Assembly: GCA_040218735.1 (NCBI GenBank)
Contig: JAVJQW010000041.1
Location: 224,001 to 288,000 of the forward strand
Direction of reading: 5' to 3'
Length of the DNA stretch: 64,000 bases
Origin: Deltaproteobacteria bacterium
GTDB taxonomy: Bacteria > Myxococcota > Kuafuiibacteriia > Kuafuiibacteriales > Kuafuiibacteriaceae
Shown here: piece after piece, positions 37,629-46,548 of the stretch
Numbering within the stretch: the first letter of the stretch is position 1
Layout: the number at the start of each line of letters is the position of its first letter
Program-made: the position numbers and the translations under genes
The notes under the pieces: generated by a model
The model's database searches: none
What the model was told of the DNA's origin: nothing
Seen by the model: the letters and a program-made list of their open reading frames with translations, nothing else

Positions 37629-38335
37629 GACCGGCTCGCGAGGTACTCCGCCTTCAGGCCCTCGAAGTCGGGGGTGAAGGGCGCGTCGTCCTGAACCTTC
37701 GGGCGGCGCACGCGGTCCATGCGGAACATACGCGGAGCGTCGCGTTTTCGATCGCGGGTCAGCAGGTACCACGCGGGGTGCTCCACCAGGAGGCCGTGCG
37801 GCTCCACGGTGCGTCGCGTGCGACGACCGTGGCGGTCCACGTACGAGAACGTCAGGCATAGATCCTCCGCGAAGGCGCGCTCGAGCGTGGTGAGGAGCTC
37901 CGGCGGAGGTTGGCCGAGGTCCGCGAGGACCCGCGGGGTGGCGAGCGGGCCGATCACGACGCGGCGGACGAGGCGGCGCAGCGTTCGGGCGCGGTCGTCG
38001 GGGACACTCGCGAGGATCTTGTCGAGCGCGGACCGCGAGGCGGCGCTCCAGGGGAGGGTGCCGGACCGCGCGCTCAGCTGCGCCGCGAGCCACAGCGCGA
38101 TGATCTCGTCGAGGCCCAGGTGTACGGCGCGCAGGCCGCGGTCGCGGTCCAGGTACACGCCGCCGCCGGGGCCGGTGTCGGATCGGATCGGCCAGCCCCG
38201 GGCGCGCAGCGTCGCGAGGTCGCGGAGGATGGTGCGGCGGCTCGTCTTCAGCTCGTCCGCGAGCATCTGCACGGAGCAGAGGTCGCGGGCGCGGAGGAGC
38301 TCCAGGAGATCCATCACACGATCAGCGCGGATCAT
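37625..38335 (-). CDS. YafY-like HTH-WYL transcriptional regulator
   Basis: LADEL..SRRTILRDL..L; G.GGG; R.VEP.GL....AWYL; R.FR.DR. Start moved to ATG 38335. Confidence 0.92.
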   Translation of the reverse strand: MIRADRVMDLLELLRARDLCSVQMLADELKTSRRTILRDLATLRARGWPIRSDTGPGGGVYLDRDRGLRAVHLGLDEIIALWLAAQLSARSGTLPWSAASRSALDKILASVPDDRARTLRRLVRRVVIGPLATPRVLADLGQPPPELLTTLERAFAEDLCLTFSYVDRHGRRTRRTVEPHGLLVEHPAWYLLTRDRKRDAPRMFRMDRVRRPKVQDDAPFTPDFEGLKAEYLASRS

Positions 38336-38337
38336 TG

Positions 38338-38354
38338 GTGACAGATTCTGACAC
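38338..38354. promoter_or_regulatory. Imperfect palindrome GTGACAGATTCTGACAC, putative WYL-regulator operator
   Basis: Lies in the 42-bp gap between the divergent WYL and DJ-1 genes. Confidence 0.5.
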
Positions 38355-38377
38355 GAATCGAGTGTTGAATCGAAGCC

Positions 38378-39016
38378 ATGAAACAACGCACCCTCGAGCT
38401 GTTCCTCCCCGACGCCCTCGCGGACTGGGAGATTGGATTCCTCACTGCACACCTCGCGGGCGGGCATGGTCGACCGCTCCCGGGGGGCTTCACGATCCGC
38501 ACGGTCGCGGAGTCGAAGGCGCCGCGCACCACGATGGGGGGCTTGCGGGTCGCCGTCGACGCGACGTTGGACGAAGTCGCGTCCGAGCGCCCCGCCGTGT
38601 TCGTGCTCCCGGGTTCCTCCGCGTGGGACGAAGGCCAGCACGGTGCGGCGCTCGAACGTGCGAAGGCGCTCGTGGACGATGGCGTCGTGGTGGCCGCCAT
38701 CTGCGGCGCGACGTCCGGCCTCGCGCGGGTGGGTCTGCTCGACGATCGCGACCACACGAGTAACGCGCGGGAGTACCTGCTCGGCACCGGCTACGCGGGG
38801 ACGGAGCGTTACGTGGAGGCGCCCGCGGTGTTCGATCGCGGCGTGGTCACGGCGGGCGCGACCGACGCGGTGGCGTGGACGGCGACGGTGATGCGCGCCG
38901 TCGATGCGTACACGTCGAACGTGATCGATGCGTGGGAGCAGCTCTACCTCACGTCGCGGCCCGAGCACTTCTTCGCGCTGATGACGGCGCTCCAGGGCGG
39001 CGGGGAAGCGGTCTAG
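38378..39016 (+). CDS. DJ-1/PfpI-family protein
   Basis: ADWE, TMGGL, LPG, AAICGAT, GLL...HTSN. Confidence 0.92.
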   Translation: MKQRTLELFLPDALADWEIGFLTAHLAGGHGRPLPGGFTIRTVAESKAPRTTMGGLRVAVDATLDEVASERPAVFVLPGSSAWDEGQHGAALERAKALVDDGVVVAAICGATSGLARVGLLDDRDHTSNAREYLLGTGYAGTERYVEAPAVFDRGVVTAGATDAVAWTATVMRAVDAYTSNVIDAWEQLYLTSRPEHFFALMTALQGGGEAV

Positions 39017-39017
39017 C

Positions 39018-40721
39018 TCAGCCGTCGTCGATCGCCGCGAGCCCGCGGTCCGCTTCGGCGCGCACCGCGGGACCGCCCTCCGCGCGCCCGCGGACGAACG
39101 CGTCACGCGCGGCGTCGACGTTCGACCGTGCCAGCTCGCTCCACCCCAGCAACACCCAGACCTCGGGGGCTCGCGTGGCCTTCGGGTGGCGCGCGACGAA
39201 CGCCCGCAGCGCCTGAAGCGCCTCCTCGCGCTTCGCGCGCAGCAGCGCGATCGCGCGCCAGTACGCGGCGTCCTCCGCGAGCGCGGAGGACGGGGCGATC
39301 TGCTCCACCTTCGCGAACGCACGCGCCGCGTCGTCGAGGTCTTGGGCGCGGAAGGCCGACCACCCTCGCTCGAATGCGAGCTCCGCGTCGGAGCGCGGGC
39401 GGGCGTCGGCGGCGGGCGCCGAGGGGGCTTCGGCGGAAGGATCGTCGCCTCCTTTCGGCGCGCGCGCGGACGCGTCGTCACGAGCGGCGGGAGAAGGCGG
39501 CGCGGGCTCCGCGCCTCGGGCGCCTCGCCGCGTGGCGGCGTCGGTCGGCGCATCGTGCGTTCCGGTCCGGCCATCGGGCGTCCGATCGGAGACTCCGCGC
39601 GCAGACGGGGCGCTTGTGTTCCCGTTCCGTCCCGCGGAGGCGCCGGGCGCCGACGGCTCGGTGGCGTGCCCTGCGAAGGCGCCGGGCGCTGGTGGTCCGG
39701 TCGTGTTCCCGTTCCGTCCTGCGGAGACTCGCGCCGCCGGTGCGGTGGCGTGCCCGTTCCGCCCTGCGGAGGCGCCGGGCGCTGCTGGTCCGGTTGTGTT
39801 CCCGGTCCGGCGTGCAGAGGCGCCCGGCCTCGACGGTTCGCTCCCGGTCCATCGCGCAGGGGCGCGCGGCGCCGGCGGTTCGCCTGGGTTCGCGGCGCGC
39901 GGCCACCGTGCGGAGGCGCCGGGCTCCACGGGTGCGGCGCTGCTCCGGTCGGACCAGGGCTCGAATCCGTCCGGCGTTTTGTCCCGTTCGTTCATCCGAG
40001 GCTGCGCCGAGGCTCCGGCGGCGCCTGCTCCGACCGTAGGTTCGGCGGTCGCAGGAACGCCCTCGGTCACCGCGCTCCTCCCGTCGGCGTTCGCCGCTCC
40101 CCCGGCGGTCCATCGCTCGCCGACCTGAAGCAGGCGCGGCGGTCCCTCGCCCCGCCACAACGCGACGGAACCCGCGCGGACGGTGAGCTCGACGAGGCGT
40201 TCGTCGACGACGACGACGTCGAACGCCGTGCCCTCGACGCGCACGTCCGACGTCAGGAGGCGGAGCGGTACGCCTTCCGTCGCGTCGAGGCGGAGGTGGC
40301 CGCGTCGGACCCGCACGATCTCCTGCCGAGCGCGTTCGCCGTCGTAGCGCACCGAGCGCTCGTAGTCGGCGTCCGCGATGGGCGTGACGCGGGCGGCCTG
40401 CGGCGCGCGCGGGTACCACGGCGCCCACCAGAGCAACAGCGCGACGATCGTGAGGACGGCCGCGCCGACGAGGCGAAGGTCGAGCGGCTTCGCGGTTCGA
40501 ACCGCGGCCGAAGGGGAGGTCCTCGCCCACAACGCCTGCGCTACGCGTTCGGCCGCCGCGTCGGAGAGCGGGGGGACCGGCGCGGAGGCGGCGTCGCGTA
40601 CGGCGCCGAGATCACGCCACGTCGCGGCGCAGCGCGGGCAGCCGCCGACGTGCCGTTTCGTCGCCGCGTTCCCCTCCGAGAACGCGCGCGAGAGATCGTC
40701 GAAGGACGGACAGCGCTTCAT
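39018..40721 (-). CDS. Anti-sigma factor-like protein (zinc-finger ASD, TM, FecR-like region, low-complexity linker, TPR)
   Basis: ATG 40721 overlaps the sigma stop; H...C..C; TM; V.GT.F.V; C-terminal TPR (AEDAAYW). Confidence 0.75.
   Translation of the reverse strand: MKRCPSFDDLSRAFSEGNAATKRHVGGCPRCAATWRDLGAVRDAASAPVPPLSDAAAERVAQALWARTSPSAAVRTAKPLDLRLVGAAVLTIVALLLWWAPWYPRAPQAARVTPIADADYERSVRYDGERARQEIVRVRRGHLRLDATEGVPLRLLTSDVRVEGTAFDVVVVDERLVELTVRAGSVALWRGEGPPRLLQVGERWTAGGAANADGRSAVTEGVPATAEPTVGAGAAGASAQPRMNERDKTPDGFEPWSDRSSAAPVEPGASARWPRAANPGEPPAPRAPARWTGSEPSRPGASARRTGNTTGPAAPGASAGRNGHATAPAARVSAGRNGNTTGPPAPGAFAGHATEPSAPGASAGRNGNTSAPSARGVSDRTPDGRTGTHDAPTDAATRRGARGAEPAPPSPAARDDASARAPKGGDDPSAEAPSAPAADARPRSDAELAFERGWSAFRAQDLDDAARAFAKVEQIAPSSALAEDAAYWRAIALLRAKREEALQALRAFVARHPKATRAPEVWVLLGWSELARSNVDAARDAFVRGRAEGGPAVRAEADRGLAAIDDG
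39601..39930 (-). repeat. Degenerate about 45-48-bp coding repeats (PGASAGRNGNTT/HAT..P) in the anti-sigma linker
   Basis: Variants of the plus-strand unit GTTCCCGTTCCGTCC.GCGGAGGCGCCGGGCGC recur near 39618, 39670, 39705, 39752, 39798 and 39910. Confidence 0.75.
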
Positions 40722-41293
40722 CGCTCCGCCTCCAGCGCGGCGCGGAGGCGCCGACGCGCGTGGTGGAGTCGGCTCCACATAGTGCCCGGGCGTACGCCGA
40801 CGACGCTCGCCGCCTCGACTCCGGAGAGGCCTTCGAGATCGCAGAGCACAAACGCGACCCGCAGGTCGGCGGGCAGCGTGGCGAGGCGATCCAACACCCG
40901 CGCCACGAGCTCGCGCTCTGCGACGACGTCGTCGATGCGCGGAGGCTCGGCGCGAAAGCGCACGGCGAAGCGGTCGAGGAAACGAAGCCGCCGCTGCTCC
41001 GAGCGGGCGTAGTTGAGCGCGACGTTCGAAGCGATGCCGAAGAGCCAAGAACGCACCGTCGCGGTCCCCGCGTAGGAATCGGCGCGACGCCAGGCGGTGA
41101 GGAAGGTGAGCTGGAGCGCGTCCTCGAGGTGCGGGCTGGCTGCACCGAGGACTCTCGCCAGCACGCGGTGCACTGCGTCGCGGTGCCGGGCGAAGAGCTT
41201 CTGCAAGGCAGCTTGCTCTCGACGAACGCACGCGGCGAGGAGCGCTTCGTCGCTCTCGGTGGCTTCGGACAGCGCGATGACCTTCGCGCTCAA
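40718..41293 (-). CDS. ECF RNA polymerase sigma-70 factor
   Basis: ED..Q.TFL, RSWLFGIA.N, LP...R..F.L...EGLS..E.A, GT..SRL..AR; TTG 41293 overlaps the upstream TGA. Confidence 0.92.
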   Translation of the reverse strand: MSAKVIALSEATESDEALLAACVRREQAALQKLFARHRDAVHRVLARVLGAASPHLEDALQLTFLTAWRRADSYAGTATVRSWLFGIASNVALNYARSEQRRLRFLDRFAVRFRAEPPRIDDVVAERELVARVLDRLATLPADLRVAFVLCDLEGLSGVEAASVVGVRPGTMWSRLHHARRRLRAALEAER

Positions 41294-42135
41294 AAGAGGC
41301 CCCAGCGGAGGCCGGCGCCGAGCCTCGCCAGCCAACGTGGCGCGACTGCGCGGAGGAAACCCACCGGTGACACATCGATGACCCGAAGGTCGGGCCGATC
41401 GACCAAGGGGAGGTAACTCGCGGAGGCCGCGAGCTCGAGCGCGAAGGTGTCGCCCAGCGGGATCGCGATGCGCGTGCCCGCGTGGAGCACGAGTCCTGGC
41501 GAGGTCAAGGAGACGTCTTGGAACCCGAGCGTCGAGTGGGTCACGCCGAAGCCGCCGCCGACGCCGGGCGCGATCGATATCGCGCCGACCTGCACGCGGT
41601 ACTCGACGCCGACGAGGAAGTCGCTCTGCGTGCGAGACCCGAGGCTGGCCCAATCCGGGTCCTCGAGGGTGTACGTGAAGCGACCGGCGCCCCAGAAGAA
41701 GACGTCGCGCACGCGGACATCGCCGCGCACCACCAACCCCGCGGTCGTCGCCGCGCCCTCGCTGGTCCCGCCCTCTCCCCGAACCGACAGCCCGACGACG
41801 GCTTCGTTCTCATCCTCGAGCGCCGTCGAAGCGGCGGGCGCCACCGCGGGGGCGGGCCTCGGCGGCGGCGCCACGGCACCGAACGCGGGGGGCGTCGCCC
41901 ACGACTCCACGACCGCGGCCGCCAGGCTCGGGGTGGAGACGCGGCGGGTGTCGCCGTCGACGGCGACCTCGATCGCGCCGTCGACGCGCGCGAGCGAAAC
42001 CTCTACGCGCCGGCAGGGGGTCGGCACCCGGAGGCGGACGCGCACGTCGTCGAGGAGATCGGGCGGACCCGCGAGCCCGACGCAGGCCGGCGGCGCGGAC
42101 GAGAGCGTGAGTATCAGGGCAGCGAGCGAAATCAC
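41290..42135 (-). CDS. Exported protein with probable C-terminal beta-barrel, first gene of the ECF operon
   Basis: Signal peptide, Pro linker, amphipathic strands, C-terminal Phe; coupled to the sigma gene. Confidence 0.7.
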   Translation of the reverse strand: MISLAALILTLSSAPPACVGLAGPPDLLDDVRVRLRVPTPCRRVEVSLARVDGAIEVAVDGDTRRVSTPSLAAAVVESWATPPAFGAVAPPPRPAPAVAPAASTALEDENEAVVGLSVRGEGGTSEGAATTAGLVVRGDVRVRDVFFWGAGRFTYTLEDPDWASLGSRTQSDFLVGVEYRVQVGAISIAPGVGGGFGVTHSTLGFQDVSLTSPGLVLHAGTRIAIPLGDTFALELAASASYLPLVDRPDLRVIDVSPVGFLRAVAPRWLARLGAGLRWGLF

Positions 42136-42312
42136 GGGTTACCTCGTCACGCATCGGACCCGACCGGCGGCGGGGCCACCGACACGATGGGTTCCGAGAC
42201 GAGGTGTCCGCAAGGGGGCTGAGCCTTGTCCGATTTCTTCGATTTCTTCGATCGAGCGCGGCGGGTTGCGGGCGGATTGCGGGTCCGCGCACCTTCTTGA
42301 TAACGCCGTGTC

Positions 42313-43680
42313 GTGCGTGCGTGGTGCTTCGTGGCAGGCCTGTTCCTCGCCGCTTGCTCGGGGAACGAGCCGATTACCCCCGACGTGGCGCACGACGCCG
42401 GATCACACCTCGACGGGGGCGCGCTCCGGGACGGCGGCACGCGGGCCGACGCCGGCCCGCTCCGCGACGCCGGCCCCGCGGGTGACGCCGGACCTCCTCA
42501 CGACGCCGGACCTCCTCACGACGCCGGTCCGGCGCGCGACGCCGGGCTACCGCCGATCGACCCCGCCTGCACCACGAACGGCTGCCTCCGCGAGGTCCGA
42601 GTGTTCGCCTCCGCCACCCGCGCGCAGCTCGCCGCCCTGATCGCGCCGTCGCTCACGATCGACAACGGCTACACCGTCTACACGATCCGCTTCGCGACCA
42701 ACGGCGACGAGTCCCTCGCGACCGTTACCGTCCCCGACGCCGAGCCCCCGCCGGGGGGCTTCGCGATCGTCGGCAACAACCACGGCACCTCGGGCGTCGA
42801 CGACCCGTGCCGCCTCTCCGACTCCGCGTACGGCGCCGGACTCGCCGGCCTCTTCGGCGCGCGCGGAATGATCGGCGTCGCCGTCGACTACCCCGGCCTC
42901 GGCACCCCCGGCCTGCACCCGTACCTCGTGCGCGAGAGTGAAGGCGCCGCGTCGCTCGACGGCCTGCGCGCGGCCACCGCGCTCGCCGCGCGCCTCGACG
43001 TCGCGACCTCCGGACGGTACGCGGTGGTCGGCCTCAGCCAGGGCGGGCACGCGACGCTCGCGGCCGCGATGATGCACGACGACTACGCCCCCGAGCTCGA
43101 CATCAAGGCCTTCTCCGCCACCGCCCCGGCCTCGGTCTGGGATGCGCAATGGTCGACGTCCGCGCCGCTCTTCGGGAGCCACCACGTGTTCTTCGTGATG
43201 GCGTTCGCCGCGTGGGCCGATCACTACGGCTGGACGAACGACGTCTTCCTGCCTTCGGTCCGTCCCACCATCGACGGCGCCCTCGCGACGTGGTGTGTGA
43301 CGAACGACGCCGGCGGGCCGACGCTCTTCACGACCATCCCCTACGACCCCGCGCAGCTCTACGCGCCCGGCTTCGCGCAGGCCTTTGCTGCGCGGGACTG
43401 GAGCACCTACGCCGAAGTGGGCGCAGCGTTCGACGCCAACGCGGTCGCGCCCTACACACAGACCGCACCGCTGCGGATCTACCAGGGGTCGGCCGACACC
43501 GTGGTGCCCGAAGCGTTCACCACCGAAGTGGTGCAGTCGCTGCGTGCGGGCGGCGTGGACGTCGACTACGTCGTGGTCGATCAGGGCACGCACACCGATG
43601 TCGCCTGGGGCTTCCTCGCGTTCGAAGAGCGGCGCACCACCGAGTCGATCGCGTGGCTCCGCGCGCGCCTCGCAGAGTGA
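42313..43680 (+). CDS. Secretory lipase (LIP)-family alpha/beta hydrolase lipoprotein
   Basis: LAAC lipobox; HGTSG, DYPGLG, GLSQGG, QG.AD.VV, H. Confidence 0.88.
   Translation: MRAWCFVAGLFLAACSGNEPITPDVAHDAGSHLDGGALRDGGTRADAGPLRDAGPAGDAGPPHDAGPPHDAGPARDAGLPPIDPACTTNGCLREVRVFASATRAQLAALIAPSLTIDNGYTVYTIRFATNGDESLATVTVPDAEPPPGGFAIVGNNHGTSGVDDPCRLSDSAYGAGLAGLFGARGMIGVAVDYPGLGTPGLHPYLVRESEGAASLDGLRAATALAARLDVATSGRYAVVGLSQGGHATLAAAMMHDDYAPELDIKAFSATAPASVWDAQWSTSAPLFGSHHVFFVMAFAAWADHYGWTNDVFLPSVRPTIDGALATWCVTNDAGGPTLFTTIPYDPAQLYAPGFAQAFAARDWSTYAEVGAAFDANAVAPYTQTAPLRIYQGSADTVVPEAFTTEVVQSLRAGGVDVDYVVVDQGTHTDVAWGFLAFEERRTTESIAWLRARLAE
42484..42527 (+). repeat. 18-bp tandem repeat GACGCCGGACCTCCTCAC within the DAG-repeat linker
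   Basis: Two exact copies plus a partial copy, among degenerate DAGP.. units. Confidence 0.8.
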
Positions 43681-45702
43681 TCACCGTTCGAGCTGCGCGG
43701 CGCGCTCCACCAGCTGGACGAGCTCCTTGCGTCGGCCGTCGCGATCCTCGCCCAGCGATCCGCGCGCGAGTTTGGCGATCGCCTCGTAGGAGATTCGTCC
43801 CTGGTACGGCGAGTCGGCGAGGCGCATCCCGAACGCCGCAACCGCGGTTGCAAACCGCAGGTCGTGCGGTGCGCCGAGGTGGTGTCCCTTCCACGCGTGG
43901 ACCGAGCGTTCGATCTTGCGGCTCGTGTCGCCGTGCGGCGGTTTGTACCGGACGCGGACCCGGAACAGGTCGTTGCGTTTGTCGACGCCGTCCGTGCTGG
44001 TCGTGTCCTGGTACAGGAGCTGGTCGTCGTCGTTCCCGGGCGCGGGGATGAGCTCGTAGAGCATCGTCACCGCGTGGCCGGCGCCGATCTCCCCGCCGTC
44101 GACGCTGTCGTTCGAGAAGTCGGTGTTGGCGAGGCGCCGGTTCTCGTAGCCGATCAGCCGGTACTTCGCGACGCGGCGAGGGTTGAGCTCGAGCTGCACC
44201 TTGGTGTCCTTCGCCACGATGGCTAGCGTCCCGCCGACGAGCTGCGAGAGCACCCGGTTGGCTTCCTCGGCGCTGTCGATCACGTGGTAGTGCCCGTCGT
44301 CGCGGTCCGCGAGGTATTCGAGGAGGCCGTCCTTCAGGTCGTCGCCGAGGCCGAGCACCGTGAGGAACGTGTTCTTCGCGCGCTGGGTCTGGATCAGTCG
44401 CACGAGCGCATCGCGGTCCGTCGGCCCTTCGTTGAAGCCACCGTCGGTCGCGACGATCACGCGGTTGATGCCGCCCGGGATGTGGTTCCTGGCCGCGACC
44501 GCGTACGCGGTACGGAGCCCCTCCGCGCCGTTCGTCTGACCGCCCGGGACGAGGCGACGGATCGCGTGATCGATCACGTATTGGTTCGCGGCGGACGTCG
44601 AGGCGAGCAGCGTCTTTGCGCTCGAGGCGTAGCTGACGATCGCGATCTGATCGTCCTCGTTCAGCCCCCGCACCGTGCGGGCGAGCGACGACTTCATCAG
44701 CGCGAGTTTGTTCGGTTCGCTCATCGAGCACGAGACGTCGACGAGGAACACGAGGTTCGCCCGCGCGCGCTTCGCCGGCCGGGCAGCTTTCGACGACAGC
44801 GCGACGCGCGCGACGAGGTGGTTCGGGTTCCACGGCGCATCGGTGACGTCCGCGATGATGGCGAGCGGGTGCCCGTCGGTCGGCGCCGGGAGGTCGTACG
44901 CGAAGTAGTTGATCATCTCCTCGACCCGAACCGCGTCGCGCGGCGGTCGCTCGCCGCGCATCAGATGGCGACGGACGTTGGCGTACGCGGCGGTGTCGAC
45001 GTCGACCGCCAGCGTCGTCACCGGGCGGTCCCTCACGGCGACGAAGTCACGCTCGATCACCGCGTCGTACTCGGGGGCCGCGTCCGGCGTCGCATCGTAC
45101 AGCGACGACTTCATCAGCGCGCGCGGGTCGTTGTTGGGCGTCGCCGTCTTCTGCTTCCACTCCATTGGCGGCTGACGGTCGACGGCGTTCGGCGAAGCCT
45201 TGCGCCGAGCGAGGGGTGCGCTGGCCGCGGGCTTCCCAGCGACCCGGCTCCGCGCCCGTCGCTCGGCGATCGCGCGCGCCCGCACTGCGCGTCGTTTGGG
45301 GTCGGCCTTCATCGCCGGGAGGGTGTCGTACCCGGGCATCGGCCGGCCGGCGGGAAGGGCGGCGTCGTACATCGTGCCGACCATCAGGAAGGCGCCGAAC
45401 GCACAAACCGCTGCGGCGACGCTCGCCGCCCCGAAGACCCAGCGCAGCGGTCGGCGACGCTTCGCGCGGTGGGCGTTCCGCGTCGCGTCCGCGGGTCGCG
45501 AGAGCGCCGCGTCGATCGCGGCGTGTCGCTTCACGTCCAGGCCGTCGGCCGGACGCGGCGCGGTGGCGAGCAGCCCCGCGAGGGATCGGATCTCTTCGAC
45601 CTCTTCCCGTTCGGCGTCCGTGAGCGTCGCCTCCAGCGAGCGCGCGGCTTCCTCGTCCAACTCGCCGAGGGCGAGCGCGGTGATCTCGACTTCGCGGTTC
45701 AT
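43681..45702 (-). CDS. YfbK-like vWA domain protein with N-terminal anti-sigma-like domain and TM
   Basis: DVDTA.Y..VRR, R.EEMINYF, NLVFLVDVSCSM, ATDG.FN, YRLIGYENR; ATG 45702 overlaps the sigma stop. Confidence 0.88.
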   Translation of the reverse strand: MNREVEITALALGELDEEAARSLEATLTDAEREEVEEIRSLAGLLATAPRPADGLDVKRHAAIDAALSRPADATRNAHRAKRRRPLRWVFGAASVAAAVCAFGAFLMVGTMYDAALPAGRPMPGYDTLPAMKADPKRRAVRARAIAERRARSRVAGKPAASAPLARRKASPNAVDRQPPMEWKQKTATPNNDPRALMKSSLYDATPDAAPEYDAVIERDFVAVRDRPVTTLAVDVDTAAYANVRRHLMRGERPPRDAVRVEEMINYFAYDLPAPTDGHPLAIIADVTDAPWNPNHLVARVALSSKAARPAKRARANLVFLVDVSCSMSEPNKLALMKSSLARTVRGLNEDDQIAIVSYASSAKTLLASTSAANQYVIDHAIRRLVPGGQTNGAEGLRTAYAVAARNHIPGGINRVIVATDGGFNEGPTDRDALVRLIQTQRAKNTFLTVLGLGDDLKDGLLEYLADRDDGHYHVIDSAEEANRVLSQLVGGTLAIVAKDTKVQLELNPRRVAKYRLIGYENRRLANTDFSNDSVDGGEIGAGHAVTMLYELIPAPGNDDDQLLYQDTTSTDGVDKRNDLFRVRVRYKPPHGDTSRKIERSVHAWKGHHLGAPHDLRFATAVAAFGMRLADSPYQGRISYEAIAKLARGSLGEDRDGRRKELVQLVERAAQLER

Positions 45703-46217
45703 CGCGCGACTCCTTTCTGCAGGGTGACGGGCTCTTCGGTGAGGCCCTGACGGACCGCTTTCAGCCCAACGTGGATGAGGTAGCCGACGTTGCTCACCGA
45801 GAGCGAAGTGACCTCGGCGATCTCGCGGTAGGTCAGCTCGTGGAGGAACTTCAGCTGAATGCACTCCCGCTGGTTCACGGGGAGGCGTTCGATGAGCGCG
45901 AGCGCGGCGTCGAGGTCCTCGGTCTCACGTGGACCGGGCGACTCGAGCTGAGCGCTGGGGGTGTCGAGGGTGGTCATGCGGCCGGCCTTTCGAAGCTCGT
46001 CGAGGCAGAGGTTTCGACAAACCTTGAAGAGCCACGGCGCCACCCGCTCGTCGGGGAGCTCCTCGGGCTCGCGGCAAAGACGAAGGAAGGACTCCTGCAC
46101 GAAGTCCCGCGCGCGCTCGCGGTCGCGCACCAGCCCCGTCGCGTAGGCGACCAGGTGGCGCTCGTGTCGCTGCACCGCGCGACGGACCCGCGCCGCCCTG
46201 TTCCTCCCGCCCGCCAT
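45699..46217 (-). CDS. ECF RNA polymerase sigma-70 factor
   Basis: D.VQESFLRL, WLFKVCRN..LD, LP.NQRE.I.LKF...LTYREIA. Confidence 0.92.
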   Translation of the reverse strand: MAGGRNRAARVRRAVQRHERHLVAYATGLVRDRERARDFVQESFLRLCREPEELPDERVAPWLFKVCRNLCLDELRKAGRMTTLDTPSAQLESPGPRETEDLDAALALIERLPVNQRECIQLKFLHELTYREIAEVTSLSVSNVGYLIHVGLKAVRQGLTEEPVTLQKGVAR

Positions 46218-46344
46218 CGGTTGTCACCCGCACAACGGGCGACCGAGACTTTTCTTAGGCCCGATCGGAAAAAAAGCCGAATCGGGCCGTACGACCGCCA
46301 ATCAAAGGGTGACAAGGCGGCCGGAATCGCGTTGGAACCGGGGT

Positions 46345-46524
46345 ATGGCTGTGTACGAGTGCGCCGAGTGTGGGGACGAGACCGACGAGGCCGTCCGCAT
46401 GAAGGTCGGGCGGAAGACCGTGAAGCTGTGTGAGGACTGCGCGGATCGCATCCGCGAGGAGCGCGAGATCGCCGGCGAGGCGGAGTCCGCCATGCAGTCG
46501 ATGATGGAGTACAAGGGGCGCTGA
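46345..46524 (+). CDS. Small zinc-ribbon protein
   Basis: CAECG ... LCEDC followed by a charged helix; 59 aa. Confidence 0.75.
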   Translation: MAVYECAECGDETDEAVRMKVGRKTVKLCEDCADRIREEREIAGEAESAMQSMMEYKGR

Positions 46525-46548
46525 ATCGCCGTGACGTTCGGCGTCAGC

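Noticed and set aside
38336-39574. Apparent long N-terminal extension on the WYL regulator
   Set aside because: Overlaps the DJ-1 and anti-sigma genes; the HTH begins right after 38335.
39601-39930. Possible CRISPR array
   Set aside because: Repeats are degenerate, in frame within a CDS and lack unique spacers; no cas genes.
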